Of a DNA stretch of 64,000 bases, positions 1 through 12,015 are shown piece after piece; the stretch's first letter is position 1; each line of letters starts with the position of its first letter. The notes under the pieces were generated by a model. It ran no database searches. It was given only the letters and a program-made list of their open reading frames with translations, and was not told the DNA's origin. The translations under genes were made by a program, and so were the position numbers. The stretch is from Camelus ferus. Lineage: Eukaryota. Location: contig NC_045697.1 of NCBI RefSeq assembly GCF_009834535.1, positions 110,672,001-110,736,000 on the forward strand. The letters are read 5' to 3'.

Positions 1-136
1 GAATCTACAATATGAGAACAGCCCTTTATTAGGCAAGATTTAATTTCTTTTTGGGCTCAACATCCATAAAGTGGAGATATTGATAGCTCAGAAATATTAT
101 GAGGTCGAATATACATACATATATACATATATACAC

Positions 137-455
137 ATGTAACTTGCAATTAAATCATAAAAGGGCAATAAATATCAAAACTGATCACTTCCTGATTATT
201 TGATTATATTTTACTATTATCTGTGTTCATGAGGCTATTTACTTTATTATTGTATCACCAGGATAGAAATTCTATATAATTTCCTGCTACCACACATCTC
301 TTCCCAACTCCATGTGCACTGATGTAATAGCTTGAAATCGGCGACAGTGGGATATCTGTGCCATGGAGAGGGACAAATGCTACAAATCAGTACCCTCCCT
401 CCCATCCAGCCGTCCTCTCTTCTCCAATTGTTAAACATTTACCAGCCCATCACTG
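137..455 (+). mobile_element. MER63-like hAT DNA transposon (MITE), 5'-truncated
   Basis: Internal 'catctcttcccaactcc...agcttgaaatcggc' and terminus 'ttgttaaacatttaccagcccatcactg' match the MER63 consensus as recalled. Confidence 0.8.
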
Positions 456-867
456 GTTTTAATGATGGTTAAATGTGATGCTGGGTCTTAATTCTTTTGA
501 ATAACGCTTAGTCATGGGATAAGTGGAAACAGTGTAACAAGACGCTGTGAGGTATCTGTTGAGATTCTTCTTTCTTGCTCCCAAAGGTGACAAGATGAAT
601 AGGGAATACAAAAGGAGTAGGAGCCTGTTGAGAACAAAATTATGGACTTCCTGAGCTCAGCTTGGAGAAGAGTCAGATCTTGACTGAGATGCCAGTTCTG
701 CACCAGATGCTAAGGAGGCTCTGAGCATGGAATAAGAAGGCACCAGGGAATTAGGAGAGACCACCTTCTGTGGAGAGGGAAGTGTTCTTAAAGAGAAGCT
801 GTCTGCATCTGTCCCCTTCACCACCTCTTGGGACAAGAGTGCACTTAGTTGATAGACATCTTAGCCG

Positions 868-1364
868 AGACCACAAAATTTGTGGTGTAAGACACACAAA
901 TTATCTATTTTTTATTTAACAAATTATTCATTATCTTACAGTCTTGGAGGTCAGGAGTCCAAAATGGGTCTTAGGGACTAAAAATCAAGCTGTCAGCAGA
1001 ACTGCATCCCTTCTGGAGGATCTGGAGGAGAATAAATTTCCTAACTTTTCCTTCTCTCTCCAGAACGTAGAGCCCACCATTCTGGCATCTGGCCCCTTCT
1101 TTCATCCTCAAAGGGCTTATCTCCAACCTCTGCTGTCATTGTCCTTTACATCTTTTCTCACAACTTTGACCCTCTTGCCTCCACCTTATTAGGGTCCTTG
1201 TGATTTTACTGGACCTGTTCAGATAATCCAGGATAATCTTCTCATCTTAAAATCATTAACTGCATAGCATCTGCTAATTCCTTTTGCCTTGTAAAGTAAC
1301 ATATTCACAGGTTTGGGGATAAGGATGTGAACATCTTTGGGGAGCTATTATTCTCTCTGCCACA
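868..1364 (-). mobile_element. MLT1D-like MaLR solo LTR
   Basis: Antisense MLT1 motifs: 'tcttacagtcttggaggtcaggagtccaaaatgggtct', 'gataatccaggataatct', 'gtaacatattcacaggtttggggataagga', end 'gccaca'. Confidence 0.85.
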
Positions 1365-1639
1365 ATGTTATATTCTCAGTCTGGATGTCCACTCAGTTGT
1401 CAGTCTTGTTGACTTGCTCACAGGCTCCCAGAATTGCAGAAAGCTCAGTATGGTCAGGCAGAGACTACCCTCTTGAATTTATATTCCCAAATAGTCTGGA
1501 ACTATGGAACTGCTCCCACAGCCTGAGAATTAGGGTAATAAGGAATGAATGAGACCAAGATGTACGTTCACTGGGACCAACACAGTGTGGGGCAATAAGT
1601 TCAAATGCTGGAGGAATGGGGCATGGGGCAGCTGGTTGG

Positions 1640-2110
1640 ACCAGCCTGAAAATGTAGCTCAGTAGTGCAAGGGACCACTGATTCTATGGAAATAGTCTCT
1701 GTGGAATTCAGTACCCTGTTGACAAGGTCTTCTGGGGCTTCCACTCATGCCTGTGGGCCTGAGAACAATAATCCAGGTCGGTGTGATTATAAACAGAAGA
1801 AGAACCACCACCATTAACATAAGGTTTCTTATAACCAACAAAGAAAAGGACAGTCGAGCCAAAGGAGTCAACTTACCATGAAAGAAAATGGCTTTTCCAC
1901 TCCTCTTCCCAATGCCGGGGCAATGCATGTAAGGAAGAAAGGAGCTCTTTCCTAAGAGCAGGTCATTTCTGTGCCTCTCCCAGCTCCACTGCAATTCAGT
2001 CCTCCACAGGTGAGGTGAAGGAGGGCGGGATTTTGGAAACTGACTGACTGAGATACGAGATTGAAGTTTAAAAACGACCAGGACTAAGTCTTAGTAACTA
2101 AAATGCAACA
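1640..2110 (+). mobile_element. Possible ancient Gypsy-type LTR remnant (MamGypLTR/LTR85-like)
   Basis: 'gaagtttaaaaacgaccaggactaagtcttagtaactaaaa' resembles a 3' motif of mammalian Gypsy LTRs; very decayed, boundaries approximate. Confidence 0.3.
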
Positions 2111-3574
2111 GTCGGTACTAGGAAGAAAGTGGAAGTTGAAGGAAGCAGGTCAGGATATCATGATGGAATCAGCTCTGTGGCAGGAGGCTGGTGGTGGTGG
2201 TGGGGGGTGGGCAGAGCACAGCTGCTCTTTGGAAAAACCTTCATATCTGTACCCCAATGTGGGGAGAGTCCTCAACAAAACCGGTCACAGAAGAAATGAT
2301 TGTTATCAGTAATTCAAGGGTCACTGGGGAGAGGCAGTCAGAAGAGCTGCTGCAGCATGGAGAAGCAATCTGGGGCAGGACTCGGGGAGACAATCCTTAA
2401 AAGGGGAGACAAGCTGGTCCTGAGAAACGGGCAGGATTGGGTTGGGCAGAAAGTTTATTTGCTTTACTCTCCCAGAAAACTAAATATTTGGAAGGCTAGA
2501 GGGAAAATGGAGGAAAATAGGAAATGTTTTGAACTGAGAAAACCGAATGGGTTTGTTTAAGGAACAGGCTTGTTACCCCACAGCCTGGGGATAATACAGG
2601 GAACGTTCCCTGACCGATGACAGCCGGGCTGCTCACCCTTTTACTAGCCTAGGCATCTGGGCACCACGTGAGCCACTGGCGTTGCTGACAGCAAGCAGGC
2701 TGAGCTCCCGTGCACCTCTCATCACTCATCTAAAAGCCCGTCACAGCCAGGGGACAAGCGGACAGAGTGCACAAGGAAAGATGCATATCACACCTGGAAA
2801 TGTCCAAACTGAGAACAAGGCAAAGCTGTGGTTCATAAGGAAAAAAAATAAAGAAACGAGTCCTAAAAAGCTATACTTTTATGCTTCATAAGCAGTAGTC
2901 TGCTTTTCTAACTCGGTCCTCCTGCATAATGTAACTCACCTCAACTCAGGTGCCTTCCTCTCCCAGTACGGAGGGTGCGTAGCTTCCCCAGCACTTCTCC
3001 GGGAGGTGGAAATTTGGCCAGAAGTTTCTTGCCTTCTGAGTCCCAGCAGGAATGTGGAGAGATAAGGAGAAGACTTGTCCTCCACCGACAGGAGAGAGCA
3101 TTTTGAAGTGTTTAGATTGTTTTGGTGATCTGATCAACTGAAGCGCTGGTCTAACAGGGCCCGGAGCACAAAGAGCGCTCAGGTTTGTTTGCGTGATACG
3201 TTGCCTAGAGAAACGCGACAGTCAGAAGGATGCTGGCCTCCTGGTAAACAGTGTACCGTGATATCCTTCAAACTGTCATACCTAATGTAGGACTGTCTTA
3301 ATTTCAGACATTTCAGAATGTTAGGGCAATCTATTTTAGAGTTTATATCTTCACACTCTTTGCCTGGCAAAAATGATGATAACATTGCAAAAAATAGACA
3401 ACATAAATCACTATTTTTATACTGACAAAATAATTCTATTAGCTAAAATTCTCTCATATATGACATGGTTGCACTAATTTAACAATGCAGTTATACTCAG
3501 TTTGGGGCCTAAATTTCCAGCCATCTGTTATTCATTTCTACCTCTAAGGTCCACAAACACATCAAGGTGTTTTT

Positions 3575-3758
3575 AAATTTCTTTTTAAAATTTTCTTTAA
3601 CCTAATAGTGTTCATATTTATATTACTTCATTTCCACATATTTGTGAAATTTTCAGTTTTCCTTCTGCCACAGATTTATAGTTTCATTCCTGTGATCAGA
3701 AAATATAGTTGGTATGATTTCAGTCTTCTTCAATTTGTTAAGACTTGTTTTGTGACCT
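3575..3758 (-). mobile_element. Old L1 ORF2 fragment (endonuclease-adjacent)
   Basis: 'ttccacatatttgtgaaattttcagttttccttctg', 'gtgatcagaaaatatagttggtatgatttcagtcttc', 'ttgttaagacttgttttgtgacct' are typical antisense L1M ORF2. Confidence 0.8.
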
Positions 3759-4149
3759 ACCTTTTCTATTTTAAGAGTTGAGAGAGGGAGGGAGAGAGAG
3801 AAAGTAACATATCAAAAAAGAATTCAAAACAAAAAAATCATTTCAGAAAAGGAAAGACTGCCCCCATAAAACAAGAATTTAATTGTACCTTTAATTTACT
3901 TGCAGTCCTTTTTTGATGAATTTTTAAATTAAAATTCTTTTCTAGTATTATTACTTTTTCTCTCTTTTTATTGGTAACTTTTAAAGTGGAAAAGTCCATC
4001 CCCACTGTCTGAGACAAGGCTAAGTTGCTTGAACAAGGGTTTCCCAGGACCAAGGACCTTCTTCAGCCTTATCCTCTACCATTCACTCCCAGCCTCCTCT
4101 AAGCCTGCCCTGCCACCCTGAGCCCCAGCGATGTGGGGTGACTTTCAGC

Positions 4150-4412
4150 AGTCTGAGCACTTCAAGGCTTACTCACCTAAAGCTTCTCCATTACTCTTTC
4201 CATATCCCTTTATCCTGTCTTACTTTTATTCCCAGTACTTCTGTCTCTGATATGATATATATATATCATATATATATATATATATTTGTTTATTGTTTAT
4301 CTTCCCCAACTGTAAAGCAGCTCCAAGGATCGGTGATTATATCTTATTCACTACTGCATCACCAGACCCTGAGACAGCACCTGATAAATAATGCTGGCTG
4401 GTACTGAAATAA
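4150..4412 (+). mobile_element. L2 3' end with internal (TA)n
   Basis: 'tttgtttattgtttatcttcccc...tgtaaagcagctcc...tcttattcactactgcatcaccagaccctgagacagcacctg' L2 terminal motifs. Confidence 0.65.
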
Positions 4413-5739
4413 AAATATTACTTTCCAACAAAGGTAACCATCACCATGTGTTTCCTCTTCCTACCTGCAAAGTGACAATTAGGGTAAAGAAAAGGCTTTC
4501 CAGATGCTCCTCACCATCTTTTGCTGCCCATTCCTCAAGGAACTCCCACTTGGACCCTTTGGCTTTTCCGTCCCTTCGATGTCTAGAGCAGAATCCTCAG
4601 CCCTCGTCCATGCCTGAATCCACTGTGCCTCTTCAACAGAACATCACTTTGCTGTCTAGTCATCCACATATCTGTCCTGTACCTAACAGTACCACACTTC
4701 ACACACATCCTTCTCTTTGTCCACCGCTTCCTCTAGACCCCTTAGACAAAGGAGTGAAGAAATAGGATATGCTGCATATCAACAGTCTTTCCACAAGACA
4801 CCCGTGTGTCCTGGTAGGTCCACTTAGGAGGAAAGCAAGAGGTGGCCCCCGGATTGCGTGGGAAAGAGTCCAGGGAAGAGACAGGAATGCTTCACAGGAG
4901 TCGACAGCTTCAGCATCCTTCTACCTTGGGACTGGACTGAAAGCAGCTGTGTTACATGTCTCCCAATGGAAAGTGGTCCCAATGGAATTTTCTGGCTAGC
5001 TTTCAGTGATCTTGTAAAGTTCAGGGTTTGGATCTTTTTGTTTTGTTTTGGTTTGGTTTTGGTTCTTTGTCTTTTAGCAGCCAGTCACATCTGATCAGCA
5101 ACTTGTAATGACTATGCAAATGATAAGAAAGATTAAGGAAGTGTTAACCCCTCAGGAAAGTTGTATAATGTATTTCAAAAGAGTTTTTCAAGTTAATTAA
5201 TGCTCTTTTAGTCTGCTGAGTATTCTTATCCCCTGGCGGCCGAGACACAGAATGAATGGTCACCATAAGTATTTGTCATATTTTTGTTTTAACGAATGAT
5301 CTGAAACGTACAATCGGATTGACGGTCCAAATGTTACTGTGGTTGTGTTTTTGTGGCATATATTGCACAACTGTGTTGGCTATTCTTGTCTCATTTTTTA
5401 ACCCATGATACTCATCATAGTCCACAAGTATACCCAGTATCCAAAGAGACCATATTTCAATAGGTCTGGTGAGTATGCCCCTTGTTTGTCCATCAGCAGA
5501 AACACAGATGACCAGGACATGCTGAAGAGACACTGCTGTCCTACTGGGGTTCTTCTCTCCCTCTCTCCTAACCTTTTCCTGTCTGTCCCTTCTCACTTAT
5601 CTGCATCTGGCTCTCAGGTAATGCTAAGTCACACTAGTCCTATGGTCAATACACAGAAGGAAAATTGATCAGATAGCTTCTGGTTACATTCATTTTTCCT
5701 TCCATTCCAAACCAGTTATTGGCTCAGTGATCTCCACAT

Positions 5740-6211
5740 TTCTTACCTTCCTTCCTACCTTCCTTTCCCTCACTAGCATAATTCATGCCATTCTTCTCCC
5801 CGTTACACTTCCTTTCCTTCTCTTTCCTCGGTTCTCTCTCTTCCTCTTTCTCTTTCCCTATTTTTCTTTTCTTTTTTCCTTCCTTCCTTCCTCCTTTCCT
5901 CCCTCTTTCTCGTTCTTTCTTTCTTCCTCCCTTTCTTTCTTCCTTCCTTCCCTTTTCTTTCTTTCTTTTTTCTTTTTCTTTCTTTCTTTCTTTCCTCCTT
6001 CCTTCTTTCCTCCTTCCTTCTTTCCTCCTTCCTTCCTTCCTCCTTCCTTCCTTCCTCCTCCCTTCCTCCCTTTCTTTCTTTCTTTCTTTCTTTCTTCAGG
6101 GAGGAGGGAGGGAGGAGGTCTGCTTTCCTTCTCATTTCTTTCTTCCTTCTTCTTTCTCTTCTTGCCTCTTTTCTCACTCCTCTTTAATTCTTTCTCTCTT
6201 TCTCCTCCTTG
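5740..6211. repeat. Polypyrimidine low-complexity tract (TTCC/TTTC/CCT) with inverted purine island at 6098-6118
   Basis: About 470 bp almost entirely C/T on the + strand. Confidence 0.95.
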
Positions 6212-9129
6212 ATTATCATCCAAGTAATACCATAATATACTGCTTTACAATTATAATACATTTAAAAGAAATTCTAACCTCTGTGTGACCAATTACTCAA
6301 TCCCTCCTTATTGCTAGGTATGGAAATAGTAGTAGAGTGCTTGGAACTGAGGAAATCAGAGAAATTTTAGGCAATCTGCACTAGCATACAGATTCATTCT
6401 TATGCTGATCCCGAAGTTTGGAGGTACCGGTTCGTACATGATATGCCACATATCTTTCATGTCAAACAACTAAGAGAGTAACATCAACATTGCCATCTCA
6501 AATTTTGTAATACATTTTGTTGTAAATTATTCTGTTTTGAATAAAGTATTGTTTAATATTCATACAATCTTGTGGGCTTCTTTTAGACTGAGATTTTTCT
6601 AATTTTGTTCCATGAATATATAACAAGTGCATTTCCCTAGCATCAAAACTTTGAAGAAAATACTAGTGTAATTTGTTCCTGTGCAGCCACAGATGTCAAA
6701 TTCCTGTCATAAAAGAGACTGCATTAGTGTTTTTGCCAAAATCTTAGCCATTTTGAAATCAAAAGGGTATTGAAATTGATAGCAGCTGATGGACATGGTT
6801 TTTAGTAAAGGAAGTTTTTAGTAATAGGTTTTGTATATAATGGTTCTTCACAGAATACGGGCAGTGTGGATCTGACATATTTAATTCAAATGTGGGTTAT
6901 TAAGAAATGGTTGGGATATAAAAGCAAAAGTCATATGAATAATTATCTACTCTGAAATTCTGCTTCACATTTTATTTATTTTTTCTTTTTGGTCTGCTCT
7001 CCCTCAGTAATATCCCCAAAGGTTCCCTTTCTCTTAAGCACATACTTTAAAGCAAGCATCATATTTTGAGTATTACTTAACAGAGCAATATTAGAAAGCC
7101 AGATCCCATGAGGGCTGTACCAAGCAGTGAGGGTCCGTAAGTCAAGGCTGTGGGGTTCTTGTGTTTGACAGACCTTGGTTAAGGTGTAGTCAGGAAAATA
7201 TGAGAGGTCAAATAGCTCTGGGAGAGGAAAAGTGGGGACATGAGTACTCATTTCTGTAAGTCTGGGCTGCTTGAACATCATGTTACCTTGGATTGCATGA
7301 AATCTGGCTGACTGCTCAATAAAACACCCTCGGTTACTCTCTGCTCAGTTATAAGGCTTTTGATTTCAGCTTTCCCCTTCCTCATCAAGACTATTTCCAT
7401 AGAAACACAAATAGGAAGAGCATCACGAAAGCAATTTGCTTCTGCTTCCATTTAAATGGAAATGGAATTTACAGCAGGCAAAATAAAAGAGAGCTTTAAT
7501 AAGTAATATTTTCAAATGCATCCTTCAAATTTAACCCTCTCAACTTATAAAGTAGTTACTGGTAGCTAAAAATTTGAAGCATAACAAGGCAATTTTATAC
7601 CTGGAGCAAATTATAAGGCTTGCACTTAAGTTAAAATAGGCTTCTGACCTTGAAATGCATGCTGGTCTCAGCTCCTGTTCCAAAATCTAAATTGTACCTT
7701 CTGCAACCCAGGGACAGCTCCCGTCTCTTCCTTCCTGGAGAGACCGCCATGATGGGTGAGGGCTAGTTACCACGAGGGAGTGACTTGAGGGTCTGAGGTA
7801 TATTTTTTGTCTGTTTCCAAATGTCTCATAGAGCCTTTCTACTATTTCTGCTTTGGGCACACTCTTGCTATATATTTTAAATATTAACCAAGCACAAATC
7901 ATAGGCAAGTCAAATGGTGAAAACATAAGAGCTTCACATTTATGAGGAAATTTTCACATTCTGGCTTGCACAGTGCTGGATAAATAAAACGTTTGATGTT
8001 TATCAATAAAGTAAAAAAAAAATGATTTGCAATATGAGCCAAAATTGGGACCAGTTAAAAATCCCTCAGTTCATTTCTCATTTTTAAAAAGATACTTTGC
8101 TAAGCATTTTAAAATTATTTTCCAAGTTTTTATTTCAAAAGTACTTCTTGAACGCTTTTGTTACAGAAACAAAAGAATCTAATTCATAGAAACATTAAGC
8201 AAAAATCAATATTAAACATGACATATCAGTAGTTCTTTATTAGTTGGATGAATCAAATAGACTTCTGACTTTTACTTTAGTTGGGTACATCAAACAGTCA
8301 CTTGAAGTGTTAGTGTTTCTAAGAAGCCAGAATCATATTTTATGATTGATGAGTATGATTAGGAGGGAGAAATGACAATTTGGGGGGAAAAAAAGTAGAA
8401 CTATGTCATTTTAGTTTAAGGGGGAAATCCATTTGAAGAACACTCAGTCAAAAAAGATTTTTTTTTCAAAAGGCAAAGTGCGACTAAAAGAATTTTGTCC
8501 CCCTCCTTCCTGCACAATACTCGGGGCTCATCTCTGCTCTCAGGCAGAGAGGAGAAGGCCTGTGAATAGGAAGTGCTCACCCGGCATGTTGCAGACGGCA
8601 GGAGAGGAAGGGCGAGGCAGAGAGGCCTCCTCTGGGACCCCCACACTGACCTCACCTGGGCATGGCCGGAACTGAGACCTGAGTCCCATCCAGTAGATGT
8701 GTGTGGTTGTAAAGTCACCACCTTAAGAAATTACAGCCTCAGACTGAGTGGTTCTTGAGATTTGGATTTCTGTCCTAACCCGTGAAGCATCCGATCACAC
8801 ATGCTGTGAAGTAGATTACTAAAGGATGCGGAAGACAAGAAGAGACTTCAACAAGGAAAGGATGACAGTTCTGTTCACTAATGCCACATTTTACTAATAT
8901 CTTAAAAATTAAAATGATTATTTAATGTACGACCATACTATCTGTGTGCTGTGTTTTATTTGTAGTTTGCTATATTTATGCTTACATTAGCATTTTTACC
9001 TCAGGGGAACGTGACAAAATTTAAACATAGTTAACTGCTTCTGGTACACTATGAACTGTCCACAAATTCTTTCTGAATTTTCCTCCAGCCTTCATTCATT
9101 CCACGTGAGAAGGTACATGAAGCGGGGAG

Positions 9130-9222
9130 GAGCACTGCATCGGTTGCGGGTCTGTCCCAGAGATCACAGCAGTGCCTGGCACGGAGCAAGCACTTTCTGC
9201 TTGTGAAGTGAATGAATAAAGT
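9130..9222 (+). mobile_element. L2 3' terminal fragment
   Basis: 'agcagtgcctggcacggagcaagcact...tgtgaagtgaatgaataaa'. Confidence 0.6.
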
Positions 9223-9394
9223 AACTGGGTGCTTCTAAGTATTGCTAACGGGAGAGTCTCCAACTGGGTGGCCCTAACTGATATTTACGGGAAACACACC
9301 AGTATCTATTTGGGCATAACAGACGAGCATGAATCCCCCTAATGCTGTTTGGACGAGGCTTATTCAAGTTTAGCTCCGTTGCACCTCCGTGGCC

Positions 9395-9590
9395 CAGAGT
9401 GCAAAGGGTGTGGGTTTCAGGGTCTTACAGTCCTGTCCCTGAATATTGTGACTTCGGTAAAATCTCTTCCTCTTGCTGGGTCACATGTTTTTAACTCAAA
9501 AATCGGGAACCAACTTCAGTGGCTTCCTATAGGGGTTACATGTTGTGGCACCGTGACTGGCCCAGGCTGTCAGCAGATCTTCAACACAGA
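9395..9590 (+). mobile_element. MIR SINE, decayed
   Basis: 'tgtgacttcggtaaaatctcttcctc...ttcctataggggtt' resembles the MIR core. Confidence 0.45.
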
Positions 9591-9865
9591 GTAGTTACAG
9601 CAAAAGAAATGGCTAAATCATCCTCATGCTATCTTTAGGTTGTGTTGGATTCTGATGTCACCACTGAAGCAGCCCTGGGACTGCCCCACCATCAAGCATT
9701 TCAATAACCTGGCCCCACTTTTCCTCCACAGCAGCTCCCCGCACTCCCCACGAGAAGCCTTGACTTAACTCAGTCCCTCCCCAAACCCGCAGTCCTCATC
9801 TGTGCCCACTTCCACGCCCGCTCAGGCCACTTCTCCAGCTGTGACGCTCTCCCCTCGCTTGTCAC

Positions 9866-10525
9866 TGTCTGATGATTAATTTATGGGACAGCTTGGCTGG
9901 CCATGAGGTGCCCACATTAAACATTATTTCGGGATGTGTCTGTGAGGGTATTTCTGGATGAGAGTAGCATTTGAATCAGTGAACTCAGTGAAGTAGATTT
10001 CTCTCCCCATTGTGGGAGTGTCCGAATAGAACAAAAAGGTAGAGGAAGGAAGACTTTGCCCTTTTTCCCTGACTCATTGCTTGAGCTGGGACATCTCATC
10101 ATCTCTTTTCTGGCCCTGAGACTGGAACGCACACCATCAGCTTGTCTGGCTCTCAGGTCTTTGGATTCTCACTGAGTCATACCACCAGCTCTCCTGGGGC
10201 TCCAGCTTGCAGATGACAGATCAGACCAGGGGACTTCTCAGCCTTCATAGCTGTGTGAGCCAATTCCTCATAATGAATCTCCTTTTATATATATATAACA
10301 TACACTTATAATATATATGATATATACTATATAATACATACTGTATATATTACATATACTATATATTATATAATATATAGTTTACATATAATATATACCA
10401 TAATTACATATAATTGTATATATATAAAATTTATAAATTTAAAATTTTATATATATAAATATAAAATTAGTCAGGATTTCCCAGTGCATATACTGGTTCT
10501 TCTCTGGAGAGCCCTGACTAATACA
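9866..10525 (+). mobile_element. MLT2 (ERVL) solo LTR with internal TA-rich expansion
   Basis: Start 'tgtctgatgattaattt', 'gtgtctgtgagggtatttctggatgag', 'ggacttctcagccttcatagctgtgtgagccaattcc', end 'ggagagccctgactaataca'. Confidence 0.9.
10286..10468. repeat. AT-rich (TA)n tract containing a 16-bp-arm palindrome
   Basis: Arms 10417-10432 (tatatatataaaattt) and 10442-10457 (aaattttatatatata), 9-nt spacer. Confidence 0.9.
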
Positions 10526-10684
10526 TTATCCTTAAGACCCACCTTGTCCATGAAGCTGCTCTAGCTACATGATTCACATGAATCTCTTCTGACTTGGGGT
10601 TCCCGTGTAGCCGTTCCCTTTTCCTGGGCCCTTAGCCATCTGCTCTTTCTTATCATTCTCTAATTACTTACTGAGAGTATCTGA

Positions 10685-10782
10685 GTTCTGAGAGTGTGAG
10701 CCCTTCGGGTCCAAGGACAATGACTAACGTTTAGCACAGTGCCTGGCACGTAGTAGATGCTCAGTAGATGAATATCTGAATT
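10685..10782 (+). mobile_element. L2 3' terminal fragment
   Basis: 'ttagcacagtgcctggcacgtagtagatgctcagtagatg'. Confidence 0.7.
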
Positions 10783-11849
10783 GACGGCCTTGAATATGTC
10801 GGGGATTTTCCTCTCTCAACAGCAGGAACTGTGCAGTCCCTCAACAGATATCCAGTCGGCCCAGAGCAGACAAGAACCTGACCCAGGTGGGCCCAGTTGT
10901 ACCCGCTGGCTGGAGCAAGTCATGTCTGCGACCTCAGACAAACACTCCGTTTTCCTCTATACTGGATTGCAATGTGATTCTGCTCTAACATAACTCTAAT
11001 AAGGGCCTTATTTCAGCAAGTAGATGAATCGCTCCACTTCCAAGGGGAGCTGAGGCCCCTGGTAGTAGCCATTTTTCTTCCAAAATATCTTTCTGCTTTT
11101 GATCATCATGGGATTAACAGAACATATTGAAGAGACTATCTTTTATTAACACCCTATGGTGTCTCTGATGAGACGACCACATAGAGTTTGGGAAATGACA
11201 ATGGAAACTGTGAAATGCTGGCCCTTCGGGGCAGTCTTTTTTATTTTACAGAAAAAGCAGTGTGAGAACCAGTGACAGCTGCTGGCTTGCCCCCCAGATC
11301 GAATGCACCAAAGCAGGAAAGCAGCCATCCAGACAGCCTAAACCCATCATCTTTGAAAACAAGTTCCTTTTTCTATGGACAGCTTTTATCTGGAGACAGA
11401 TTAAGGGACTGCAGTTTGATTCCATCACATTCTGCTGTGCTCTGTGCCACCTGTTTTTTCCCTCTGTCTTCATCTGGACCAGCTTCTCTAGTTTTTAACT
11501 TAGATTCATTAGTGTTAAGTTGCAAGTCAATCAGGGCTGTCAATGCATTGAATGATCCAATCAGAGGATGGTATAGAGGTTTCACATCACAGGTTAACTC
11601 TGCTCAGTTCATGAGAAGTGCCTGGTATGCTGGGATGAAAAGGACTTATAGGTGGTCCCTGGGCTCAGCAGGAAAGAATGTCATGATTAATTAGAAGTAT
11701 CTGCCTTGGAGAAGGGCTGGAAAAACATTTCCCTCTCATACCATAGACCTTACTCAACTTTTCTGACTGAAACCCTCAAAATCCATGATTTTTCCTTGTA
11801 TCTTAAAACATAGGTAGAGTGCACCAAATGAATAAAACAGAAAGTGAGC

Positions 11850-12015
11850 ATCTTGTTATAAAAACACTCATATATCCATGTGGCAAAATATTCTAACACT
11901 GCAGAAGGTATAAGATGAAAAGTAAAAATTTTTCTTCCTTGTTCCTCCCCATACTGACTCTTGGAACTTCTCTTCAAAGTGGATGTTAACCAATTTGGGG
12001 ATATTCTTCCAGAAA
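11850..12015 (-). mobile_element. Old L1ME-type 3' end fragment
   Basis: 'aaatattctaacactgcagaaggtataagatgaaaagtaaaa...gttaaccaatttggggatattcttccaga'. Confidence 0.55.

Noticed and set aside
5405..5476. Exon ending at donor TG/GTGAGT
   Set aside because: Isolated splice-like motif with no matching acceptor or recognisable peptide.
5727..6288. Four overlapping 121-167 aa ORFs
   Set aside because: Translations of a C/T tract that cannot contain stops; F/S/L/P or K/E/R/G only.
7995..8025. AATAAA followed by A-run as a processed-pseudogene end
   Set aside because: No upstream coding similarity or TSD found.
11272..11694. 140-aa ORF
   Set aside because: Non-ATG start, no recognisable domain; region looks regulatory.
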